DNA of 64,000 nucleotides from Octopus sinensis (Eukaryota): positions 11,111 to 75,110 of the forward strand of contig NW_021835985.1 of the NCBI RefSeq assembly GCF_006345805.1, read 5' to 3'. Shown piece after piece: positions 1 through 12,262 of this stretch. The position numbers and the translations under genes are program-made. Under the pieces are notes generated by a model, which was not told the DNA's origin, ran no database searches, and was given only the letters and a program-made list of their open reading frames with translations. Positions within the stretch are counted from its first letter, which is position 1. Every line of letters begins with the position of its first letter.

Positions 1-2672
1 AATTTTTGTTGTTTTTTAAGTACACATATGCAAATTTTGACATTTTGTAACGTGAAAACTTTTGCGATTTTAGTGATCTCTGGTTAAGCTTTTTATCAAT
101 CAGCTAACTTATATTTAGCTAAGAGATCATTAAATTTTTTGTTGTTTTTCAAGAACACATATGCAATATTTTGGCATTTTCTAACCTGAAAACGTTTGAG
201 ACTTAGTGATATATTGGATACATATAAGGTTTTTATCAATCAGTTAACTTATATTTAGCTATGAGATCACTAAATTTTTTGTTGTTTTTCAAGTACACAT
301 ATGCAATATTTTGATATCTTCTAACCTGAAAACTTTTGAGATTTTAGTGATCTCTTGGATAAATATAAGCTTTTTATCAATCAGTTAGCTTATATTTAGC
401 TATTAGATCACTAAATTTTTTGTTGTTTTTCAAGTACACATATGCAATATTTTGACATTTTCTAACTGAAAACTTTTGAGATTTTAGTGATCTCTTAGAT
501 AAATATAAGCTTTTTATCAATCAGTTAACTTATATTTAGCTCTAAATTTTTGTTGTTTTTCAAGTACACATATGCAATATTTTGACATTTTCTAACCTGA
601 AAACTTTTGAGATTTTAGTGATCTGTTGGATAAATATCAGCTTTTTATCAACAGTTACCTTATATTAGCTATTAGATCACTAAATTTTTGTTGTTTTTCA
701 AGTACACATATGCAATATTTTGACATTTTGTAACCAGAAAACTTTTGCGTTAGTGATCTCTTGGGTAAATATAAGCTTTTTATCATTCAGTTAACTTATA
801 TTTAGCTAAGAGATCACTAAATTTTTGTTGTTTTTTCAAGTTCACATATGCAATATTTTGACATTTTCTAACCTGAAAACTTTTGAGATTTTAGTGATCT
901 CTTGGATGAATCTAAGCTTTTTATCAATCAGTTAACTTATATTTAGCTCTAAATTTTTTGTTGTTTTTCAAGTACACATATGCAATATTTTGACATTTTC
1001 TAACCTGAAAACTTTTGCGATTTTAGTGATCTCTTGGTTAAGCTTTTTATCAATCAGCTAACTTATATTTAGCTAAGAGATCATTAAATTTTTTGTTGTT
1101 TTTCAAGTACACATATGCAATATTTTGGCATTTTCAACCTGAAAACGTTGAGACTTTAGTGATATATTGGATACATATAAGGTTTTTATCAATCAGTTAA
1201 TTATATTTAGCGAAGAGATCACTAAATTTTTTGTTGTTTTTCAAGTACACATATGCAATATTTTGATATCTTCTAACCTGAAAACTTTTGAGATTTTAGT
1301 GATCTCTTGGATAAATATAAGCTTTTTATCAATCAGTTACCTTATATTTAGCTATTAGATCTCTAAATTTTTTGTTGTTTTTCAAGTACACTTATGCAAT
1401 ATTTTGACATTTTCTAACCTGAAAACTTTTGCGTTAGTGATCTCTTGGGTAAATATAAGCTTTTCATCATTCAGTTTACTTATATTTAGCTAAGAGATCA
1501 TTAAATTTTTTGTTGTTTTTCAAGTTCACATATGTAATATTTTGACATTTTCTAACTTGAAAACTTTTGAGATTTTAGTGATCTCTTGGATGAATATAAG
1601 CTTTTTATCAATCAGTTACCTTATATTTAGCTTTAAATTTTTTGTTGTTTTTCAAGTACACATATGCAATATTTTGACATTTTCTAACCTGAAAACTTTT
1701 GCGATTTTAGTGATCTCTTGGATAAATATAAGCTTTTTATCAATCAGTTAACTTATATTTAGCTAAGAGATCACTAAATTTTTTGTTTTTTTTCAAGTAC
1801 ACATATGCAATATTTTGACATTTTCTAACCTGAAAACTTTTGCGATTTTAGTGATCTCTTGGATAAATATAAGCTTTTTATCAATCAGTTAACTTATATT
1901 TAGCTAACAGATCACTAAATTTTTTGTTGTTTTTCAAGTACACATATGCAATATTTTGACATTTTCTAACCTGAAAACTTTTGAGATTTTAGTGATCTCT
2001 TGGATAAATATAAGCTTTTTATCAATCAGTTAACATATATTTAGCTAAGAGATCACTAAATTTTTTGTTGTTTTTCAAGTACACATATGCAATATTTTGA
2101 CATTTTCTAACCTGAAAACTTTTGAGATTTTAGTGATCTCTTGGATAAATATAAGCTTTTTATGAATCAGTTAACTTATATTTAGCTCTAAATTTTTTGT
2201 TGTTTTTCAAGTACACATATGCAATATTTTGACATTTTCTAACCTGAAAACTTTTGAGATTTTAGTGATCTGTTGGATAAATATAAGCTTTTTATCAATC
2301 TGTTAAATTATATTTAGCGAAGAGATCACTAAATTTTTTGTTGTTTTTTAAGTACACATATGCAATATTTTGACATTTTCTAACCTGAAAACTTTAGCGA
2401 TTTTAGTGATCTCTTGGGTAAATATAAGCTTTTTATCATTCAGTTTACTTATATTTAGCTAAGAGATCACTAAATTTTTTTTTGTTTTTCAAGTACACAT
2501 ATGCAATATTTTGACATTTTCTGACCTGAAAACTTTTGAGATTTTAGTGATCTCTTGGATAAATATAAGCTGTTTATCAATCAGTTAATTCATATTTAGC
2601 TAAGAGATCACTAAATTTTTTGTTGTTTTTTCAAGTACACATGCAATATTTTGACATTTTCTAACCTGAAAA
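1..2672. repeat. ~141-bp AT-rich satellite array (~19 monomers, some ~131-bp deletion variants)
   Basis: The anchor TAGTGAT recurs at 71, 204, 345, 485, 616, 751, 892, 1024, 1157, 1297 and onward. The monomer contains AAGCTT and GATC sites. The ORFs called here are repeat artefacts. Confidence 0.97.
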
Positions 2673-3655
2673 CTTGATAAACTATGATCTCCAGAGGTTT
2701 GATATAATCTCAGGTGACTTACAGGCACTGTTACAGTGTTGCCAGGGATGGGACGCATTATTGGACTTGGTCAAATCTGTGCCCGATGACCTCCCTAAGA
2801 CCATTCACCTACAGGCTGGAAGGGACCCCATGGCATGCCCTACACCAGATGTCTGGACATGGTAAACAATGATCTTCAGAGGTTTGATATAATCTTGGAT
2901 GATGCAGAGGCACTGGTGCAGTGTTGCCAGGGATGGGAAGCATCATTGGACCTGGTCAGCTCTGTGCACGATGACCTCCCTAAGACCATTCAGCTACAGG
3001 CTGAAAGGATCCCATGGCAAGCCCTGCACCTGATTACTGAACATGATAAACGATGATCTCCAGATGTTTAATATAATCTTGGATGATGCAGAGGTACTGG
3101 TCTGGTTTTATTCAGAGTTGGGAAGCATCATTGGACCTGGTCAGCTCTGTGCACGATGACCTCCCTAAGACTATTCAGCTACAGGCTGGAAGGGACCCAA
3201 TGACAAGCCCTGCACCAGATGTCTGAACATGATGAAGAATGATCTTCAGAGGTTTGATATAATCTTGGGTGATGCAGAGCTACTGGTGCAGTTTTGCCAG
3301 GGATTGGGAGCATCATTGGACCTGGTCATCTTTGTTCACGATGACCTCCCTAAACCATTCACCTACAGGCTGGAAGGGGCTCCATGGCAAGCCCTGCACC
3401 GGATGTCTGAACATGATAAACAATGATCTACAGAGGTTTGATATAATCTTCGGTTATGCAGAGGCACTGGTGCAGGTTTGCCAGGGATGGGCACCATTAT
3501 TTGACCTGGTATGCTCTGTTCACGATGACATCCCTAAGACCATTCAGCTATAAGCTCGAAGGGACGCCACGGCAAGCTCTGCACCAGATGACTAAACATG
3601 ATAAACAATGATCTCCAGAAGTTTGATATAATCTTGGGTGAATCAGAGGCACTGA
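2673..3655 (+). repeat. 185-bp satellite, forward-oriented array (~5 diverged monomers)
   Basis: Repeated unit ATGATAAACGATGATCTCCAGAGGTTTGATATAATC...GCACCAGATG, same family as 5996-11741. Confidence 0.95.
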
Positions 3656-5995
3656 TACATTGTGTATCTTGAAAACTTTTCAGGATACAAAACGTGTCAA
3701 AATATTGCAAATAAGCATAAAAAATGAACAAAATTTGCTAATTCAAATTTGTTTTTTTTTTAATACCCATTTGCAATATTTGACCCATTTTGTATTCTGA
3801 AAAGTTTAGTGAATACTTATATAAATGTAATCTTATTATAATCTTATTAAAGATTTTCCCAAGAGATCACTGAAATCACAAAAGTTTGCTAATTTAAATT
3901 TGTTTTTTTTATGCAATATCTCGACACATTTTCTATTCTGAAAACCTTAGTGATCTCTGTGATAAATATAATTTTATTACCCAAACACTAAGCAGTGAAC
4001 AAAGTTGCTAATTCAAATTTGTTTCTTAGAGATTATATCTATCAAAGAGATCATTAAAGTATCAAAAGATTTCAGGATACAAAATGTTTTAAAATATTGC
4101 ATATACTAAAGAAGTACAAATTTGAATTAGCAACGTGGTTCACTTTTTTATGCTTATTTGCAATATTTTGACACATTTTGTTTTCTCTATTTGGTAAATA
4201 TAATAACTGATTATATTTATCAGAGATTATATTTATCAGAGATCACAGAAGTATCAAAAGTTTAATTTAAATTTGCAATTTTGTTCAGATTTTTTTGCTT
4301 ATTTCCAATATTTTGGCACATTTTATTTTTCTGAAAAGTTTTTATGAATTGAGTGAACTCATGGATAAATGTAACAGCTGATTGATAAGATTAGATTTAT
4401 CAAAGAGATCACTAAAGTGTCAAAAGTTTTCAGATTAAAAAAATACGTTAAAATATTGCAAATAAGTACTAAAAAACAACAAATTTGAAATAGCAATTTT
4501 GTTCAATTTGTTATGCTTCTTTGACAGGTTTTATTTTTCTGAAAGCTTTTATGAATTCAGTGATCTCTTGTGTATAAAAAAATTAAATTTATCAAAAGTT
4601 TTCAGGATACAATATTGCAAATTTAAATTAGCAATTTTGAAAACACACACAAAATACACAGAAAACAAATAAAAACACTCAAAAGACACTTAAAACACAA
4701 AAGTCACAAAAAACTGACACAAAAGACATGTGAAACAAAATAAAACAAAACTCACACAACTAAGCACAAAAACTGTGATCTCTTCGGTAAATAATAAGAT
4801 TATATTTATCAAAGAGATCACTAAAGTGTCAAAAGTTTTCAGATTAAAAAAATACGTTAAAATATTGCAAATAAGTACTAAAAAACAACAAATTTGAAAT
4901 AGCAATTTTGTTCAATTTGTTATGCTTCTTTGACAGGTTTTATTTTTCTGAAAGCTTTTATGAATTCAGTGATCTCTTGTGTATAAAAAAATTAAATTTA
5001 TCAAAAGTTTTCAGGATACAATATTGCAAATTTAAATTAGCAATTTTGAAAACACACACAAAATACACAGAAAACAAATAAAAACACTCAAAAGACACTT
5101 AAAACACAAAAGTCACAAAAAACTGACACAAAAGACATGTGAAACAAAATAAAACAAAACTCACACAACTAAGCACAAAAACTGTGATCTCTTCGGTAAA
5201 TAATAAGATTATATTTATCAAAGAGATCACCAAATTGTGAAAAGTTTCCAGGATACAAAATATGTCAAAATATTGTGAATAAGTGCGAAAAAACAACAAA
5301 CTTGTGTGATCTCTAGTGTAAATACAAGTTAGCTGATTATATTTATGAAATAGATAAAAAAATGTCAAAATTTTTTAGGATACAAAATGTGTCAAATTAT
5401 TGCAAATATGTACTAAAAGACAACAAATTTCAATTTGCAATTTTGTTCACATTTTGTAGCCTGAGAACGTTCGAGAATTCAGTGATCTCTTGGATAAATA
5501 TAATCTTATAATCAACCAGTTAACGAGAGATCATACAATTCACAAAAGTTTCAGAAAACAAAATGTATCAAAATATTGCAAAGAAGCATAAAAAAGTGAC
5601 CAAAATTGCTAATTCAATTTTCTGATTGTTTAGAAATTATTTGCAATATTTAGACACGTTTTATTCATATCTCAGAAGTTTTCAGAATGTGTCAAAGTAT
5701 TGCAAATAAGCATAACACAGTGATCAAAATTGCCAATTGAAATTTGTTTTAATTTAGTACATATTTGCAATATTTTGACATTTTCTAACCTGAAAACTTT
5801 TAACACTTTAGTGACATTTTGGTATTGTTTTGTGTTTTTTGTGTTATTTTTGCATATTTTTTTCTTATTTTTTTTCTTATTTTTGTTTTCTTATTTTTGT
5901 TTTGTCTGTGTTTTATAAGTTCTTATAAAACACAGAGAAAACAAAAATATTTTTTATGTCTTTTTAAATGTCTTTTAAGAGTCTTTTGTGTCTGT
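3656..5995. repeat. Degenerate AT-rich sequence related to the 141-bp satellite, with a 409-bp tandem duplication (4401-5228)
   Basis: Fragments such as AGAGATCACTAAAGTGTCAAAAGTTTTCAG and AAAATATTGCAAATAAG resemble the reverse complement of the 141-bp unit. CAAAGAGATC occurs at 4401, 4810 and 5219. Confidence 0.85.
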
Positions 5996-8900
5996 CTTAG
6001 GGAGGTCATCGTGCATAGAGATGACCAAGTCCAATAATGCTTCCCATCCCTGCCAACCCTGTACCAGTGCCCCTGCATCACCAAAGATTATATCAAACAT
6101 CTGGAGATGTTCATTTATCATGTTCAGTCATCTGGTGCAGGGCTATCCTTGGGGTCCCTTCCAGCCTGTAGCTGAATGGTGTTAGGGAGGTCATCGTGCA
6201 TAGAGCTGACCAGGTCCAATAATGCTTCCCATTCCTGGCATCCCTGTACCAATGCCTCTGTATCACCCAAGATTATATCAAACTTCTTGAGATCATCGTT
6301 TATCAAGTTCAGCCATCTGGTGCAGGGCTTGCCATGGGGTCCCTTCCAGCCTGTAGCTGAATGGTCTTAGGGAGGTCATCGTGCATATAGATGACCAAGT
6401 CCAATGACGCTTCCCATCTCTGGCAACCCTGCACCAGTGCCTCTGCATCACCACAGATTATATCAAACCTCTGAAGATCATTCTTTATCATGTTCATACA
6501 TCTGGTGCAGGGCTTGCCATGGGGTCCCTTCAAGCCTGTAGCTGAATGGTCTTGGTGAGGTCATCGGGCATAGAGCTGACCAAGTCCAATAATTCTTCCC
6601 ATCCCTAGGCAACCCTGTACCAGTGCCTCTGCATCACCCAAGATTATATAAAACCTCTGAAGATCATTCTTTATCATGTTCAGACATCTGGTGCAGGGCT
6701 TGCCATGGGGTCCCTTCAAGCCTGTAGCTGAATGGTCTTGGGGAGGTCATCGGGCATAGAGCTGACCAAGTCCAATAATTCTTCCCATCCCTAGGCAACC
6801 CTGTACCAGTGCCTCTGCATCTCACAAGATTATATAAAACCTCTTGAGATCATTCTTTATCATGTTCAGACATCTGGTGCAGGGCTTGCCATGGGGTCCC
6901 TTCAAGCCTGTAGCTGAATGGTCTTAGGGAGGTCATCGTGCATATAGCTGACCAAGTCCAATGATGCTTCCCATCTCTGGCAACCCTGCATCAGTGCCTC
7001 TGCATCACCCAAGATTATATCAAACCTCTTGAGATCATCGTTATCATGTTTAGCCATCTGGTGCAGGGCTTGCCATGGGGTCCCTTCCAGCCTGTAGCTG
7101 AATGGTCTTAGGGAGGTCATCGTGCATAGAGCTGACCAAGTCCAATAATGCTTCCCATCCCTTGCAACCCTGTACCAGTGCCTCTGCATCACCCAAGATT
7201 ATATCAAACCTCTGGAGATCATCGTTTATCATGTTCAGCCATCTGGTGCAGGGCTTGCCATGGGGTCCCTTCAAGCCTGTAGCTGAATGGTGTTAGGGAA
7301 GTCATCGTGCATATAGCTGACCAAGTCCAATAATGCTTCCCATCCCTTGCAACCCTGTACCAATGCCTCTGTATCACCCAAGATTATATCAAACCTCTTG
7401 AGATCATCGTTTATCATGTTTAGCCATCTGGTGCAGGGCTTGCCATGGGGTCCCTTCCAGCCTGTAGCTGAATGTGTTAGGGAAGTCATCGTGCATATAG
7501 CTGACCAAGTCCAATAATGCTTCCCATCCCTTGCAACCCTGTACCAATGCCTCTGTATCACCCAAGATTATATCAAACCTCTTGAGATCATCGTTTATCA
7601 TGTTTAGCCATCTGGTGCAGGGCTGTCCATGGGGTCCCTTCCAGCCTGTAGCTGAATGGTCTTGGGGAGGTCATCGGGCATAGAGCTGACCAAGTCCAAT
7701 AATTCTTCCCATCCCCTGCAACCCTGTACCAATGCCTCTGTATCACCCAAGATTATATCAAACCTCTTAAGATCATCGTTATCATGTTCAGCCATCTGGT
7801 GCAGGGCTTGCCATGGAGTCCCTTCAAGCCTGTAGCTGAATGGTGTTAGGAAGTCATCGTGCATATAGCTGACCAAGTCCAATAATGCTTCCCATCCCCT
7901 GCAACCCTGTACCAGTGCCTCTGCATCACCCAAGATTATATCAAACCTCTTGAGATCATCGTTTATCATGTTTAGCCATCTGGTGCAGGGCTTGCCATGG
8001 GGTCCCTTCCAGCCTGTAGCTGAATGGTCTTGGGGAGGTCATCGGGCATAGAGCTGACCAAGTCTAATAATTCTTCCCATCCCTGGCAACCCTGTACCAA
8101 TGCCTCTGTATCACCCAAGATTATATCAAACCTCTTAAGATCATCGTTTATCATGTTCAGACATCTGGTGCAGGGCTTGCCATGGGGTCCCTTCAAGCCT
8201 GTAGCTGAATGGTGTTAGGGAAGTCATCGTGCATATAGCTGACCAAGTCCAATAATGCTTCCCATCCCTTGCAACCCTGTACCAGTGCCTCTGCATCACC
8301 CAAGATTATATCAAACCTCTGGAGATCATCGTTTATCATGTTTAGCCATCTGGTGCAGGGCTTGTCATGGGGTCCCTTCCAGCCTGTAGCTGAATGGTGT
8401 TAGGGAGGTCATCGTGCATAGAGCTGACCAAGTCCAATAATTCTTCCCATCCCTGGCAACCCTGTACCAGTGCCCCTGCATCACCAAAGATTATATCAAA
8501 CATCTGGAGATCATCGTTTATCATGTTTAGCCATCTGGTGCAGGGCTTGCCATGGGGTCCCTTCCAGACTGTAGCTGAATGGTCTTAGGGAGGTCATCGT
8601 GCATAGAGCTGACCAAGTCCAATAATTCTTCCCATCCCTGGCAACCCTGTACCAATGCCTCTGTATCACCCAAGATTATATCAAACCTCTTGAGATCATC
8701 GTTTATCATGTTTAGCCATCTGGTGCAGGGCTTGCCATGGGGTCCCTTCCAGACTGTAGCTGAATGGTCTTGGGGAGGTCATCGGGCATAGAGCTGACCA
8801 AGTCTAATAATTCTTCCCATCCCTGGCAACCCTGTACCAATGCCTCTGTATCACCCAAGATTATATCAAACTCTTAAGATCATCGTTTATCATGTTCAGA

Positions 8901-11741
8901 CATCTGGTGCAGGGCTTGCCATGGGGTCCCTTCAAGCCTGTAGCTGAATGGTGTTAGGGAAGTCATCGTGCATATAGCTGACCAAGTCCAATAATGCTTC
9001 CCATCCCTTGCAACCCTGTACCAGTGCCTCTGCATCACCCAAGATTATATCAAACCTCTGGAGATCATCGTTTATCATGTTTAGCCATCTGGTGCAGGGC
9101 TTGCCATGGGGTCCCTTCCAGCCTGTAGCTGAATGGTCTTAGGGAGGTCATCGTGCATAGAGCTGACTGACCAAGTCCAATAATTCTTCCCATCCCTGGC
9201 AACCCTGTACCAGTGCCCCTGCATCACCAAAGATTATATCAAACATCTGGAGATGTTCATTTATCATGTTCAGTCATCTGGTGCAGGGCTATCCTTGGGG
9301 TCCCTTCAAGCCTGTAGCTGAATGGTCTTGCGGAGGTCATCGTGCATAGAGCTGACCAAGTCCAATAATGCTTCCCATCCCTGCCAACCCTGTACCAGTG
9401 CCCCTGCATCACCCAAGATTATATCAAACCTCTTGAGATCATCGTTTATCAAGTTCAGCCATCTGGTGCAGGGCTTGCCATTGGGTCCCTTCAAGCCTGT
9501 AGCTGAATGGTCTTAGGGAGGTCATCGTGCATATAGCTGACCAAGTCCAATGACGCTTCCCATCTCTGGCAACCCTGCACCAATGCCTCTGCATCACCCA
9601 AGATTATATCAAACCTCTGAAGATCATTCTTTATCATGTTCAGACATCTGGTGCAGGGCTTGCCATGGGGTCCCTTCCAGCCTGTAGCTGAATGGTCTTA
9701 GGGAGGTCATCGTGCATATAGCTGACCAAGTCCAACAATGCTTCCCATCCCTGGCAACCCTGTACCAGTGCATCTGTATCACCCAAGATTATATCAAACC
9801 TCTTGAGATCATCGTTTATCATGTTTAGCCATCTGGTGCAGGGCTTGCCTTGGGGACCCTTCCAGCCTGTAGCTGAATGGTCTTAGGGAGGTCATCGTGC
9901 ACAGAGCTGACCAAGTCCAATAATGCTTCCCATCCCTGGCAACCCTGCACCAGTGCCTCTGCATCACCCAAGATTATATCAAACCTCTGAAGATCATTCT
10001 TTATCATGTTCAGACATCTGGTGCAGGGCTTGCCATGGGGTCCCTTCAAGCCTGTAGCTGAATGGTCTTGGGGAGGTCATCGGGCGTAGAGCTGACCAAG
10101 TCCAATAATTCTTCCCATCCCTGGCAACCCTGTACTAGTGCATCTGTATCACCCAAGATTATATCAAACTCTTAAGATCATCGTTTATCATGTTCAGACA
10201 TCTGGTGCAGGGCTTGCCATGGGGTCCCTTCAAGCCTGTAGCTGAATGGTGTTAGGGAAGTCATCGTGCATATAGCTGACCAAGTCCAATAATGCTTCCC
10301 ATCCCTTGCAACCCTGTACCAGTGCCTCTGCATCACCCAAGATTATATCAAACCTCTGGAGATCATCGTTTATCATGTTTAGCCATCTGGTGCAGGGCTT
10401 GCCATGGGGTCCCTTCCAGCCTGTAGCTGAATGGTCTTAGGGAGGTCATCGTGCATAGAGCTGACCAAGTCCAATAATTCTTCCCATCCCTGGCAACCCT
10501 GTACCAGTGCCCCTGCATCACCAAAGATTATATCAAACATCTGGAGATGTTCATTTATCATGTTCAGTCATCTGGTGCAGGGCTATCCTTGGGGTCCCTT
10601 CAAGCCTGTAGCTGAATGGTCTTGCGGAGGTCATCGTGCATAGAGCTGACCAAGTCCAATAATGCTTCCCATCCCTGCCAACCCTGTACCAGTGCCCCTG
10701 CATCACCCAAGATTATATCAAACCTCTTGAGATCATCGTTTATCAAGTTCAGCCATCTGGTGCAGGGCTTGCCATTGGGTCCCTTCAAGCCTGTAGCTGA
10801 ATGGTCTTAGGGAGGTCATCGTGCATATAGCTGACCAAGTCCAATGACGCTTCCCATCTCTGGCAACCCTGCACCAATGCCTCTGCATCACCCAAGATTA
10901 TATCAAACCTCTGAAGATCATTCTTTATCATGTTCAGACATCTGGTGCAGGGCTTGCCATGGGGTCCCTTCCAGCCTGTAGCTGAATGGTCTTAGGGAGG
11001 TCATCGTGCATATAGCTGACCAAGTCCAACAATGCTTCCCATCCCTGGCAACCCTGTACCAGTGCATCTGTATCACCCAAGATTATATCAAACCTCTTGA
11101 GATCATCGTTTATCATGTTTAGCCATCTGGTGCAGGGCTTGCCTTGGGGACCCTTCCAGCCTGTAGCTGAATGGTCTTAGGGAGGTCATCGTGCACAGAG
11201 CTGACCAAGTCCAATAATGCTTCCCATCCCTGGCAACCCTGCACCAGTGCCTCTGCATCACCCAAGATTATATCAAACCTCTGAAGATCATTCTTTATCA
11301 TGTTCAGACATCTGGTGCAGGGCTTGCCATGGGGTCCCTTCAAGCCTGTAGCTGAATGGTCTTGGGGAGGTCATCGGGCGTAGAGCTGACCAAGTCCAAT
11401 AATTCTTCCCATCCCTGGCAACCCTGTACTAGTGCATCTGTATCACCCAAGATTATATCAAACCTCTTGAGATCATCGTTTATCACGTTCAGCCATCTGG
11501 TGCAGGGCTTGTCATGGGGTCCCTTCCAGCCTGTAGCTGAATGGTCTTGGGGAGGTCATCGTGCATAGAGCTGACCAAGTCCAATAATGCTTCCCATCCC
11601 TGCCAACCCTGTACCAGTGCCTCTAAATCACCCAAGATTATATCAAATTTCTGGAGATTTTCGTTTATCATGTTCAGTCATCTGGTGCAGGGTTCCCTTC
11701 CAGCCTGTAGCTGAATGGTCTTAGGGAGGTCATCGTGCATA
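5996..11741 (-). repeat. 185-bp satellite, reverse-oriented homogeneous array (~31 monomers)
   Basis: Period of 185 bp. The ORF track shows the same 60-aa translation once per unit (e.g. 8342..8524, 8527..8709). Confidence 0.97.
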
Positions 11742-12262
11742 TTGGACTCTGCTCTATGCCCGATGAACTCCCCAAGACCATTCAGCTACAGGCTGGAAGG
11801 GACCCCATGGCAAGCCTTGCACCAGATGTCTGAACATGATAAAGAATGATCTTCAGAGGTTTTATATAATCTTGGGTGATGCAGAAGCACTGGTGCAGGG
11901 TTGCCAGGGATTGGAAGCATTTTTGGACTTGGTCAGCTCTATGCACGATGACCTCCCTAAGACCATTCAGCTAGAGGCTGAAAGGGACCCCATGGGAAAC
12001 GCTGCACCAGATGATTGAACATGATAAACGATGATCTCCAGAGTTTTGATATAATCTTGGGTGATGCAGAGGCACTGTTACAGGGTTGCCAGGGATGCAA
12101 AGCATCATTTTACCTGGTCAGCTATATGCACGATGACCTCCCTAAGACCATTCAGCCATAAGCTGGAAGGTCCCCATGGCAAGCCCTGCACCAGATGACT
12201 GAACATGATAAACGATCTCCAGAGGTTTGACATAATCTTTGGTGAGTCAGAGGCACTGACAT
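11742..12262 (+). repeat. 185-bp satellite, forward-oriented array (~3 monomers) after a fold-back junction
   Basis: Orientation switches at 11741/11742 and the units are more diverged. Confidence 0.93.

Noticed and set aside
1167-1751. ORFs in the 141-bp satellite and other AT-rich or low-complexity ORFs (e.g. 13048-14914, 15446-16336)
   Set aside because: Translations of simple or tandem repeats (F/V/C-rich, LTLT, VRVR) with no protein-like signal
6470-6490. CTGAAGA in the 185-bp satellite as an HHR core
   Set aside because: No stem II, GAAA or NUH arrangement; most monomers read CTGGAGA or CTTGAGA
1-12262. CRISPR-like or bacterial repeat array
   Set aside because: Monomers are contiguous with no unique spacers, and the context is eukaryotic with spliceosomal introns
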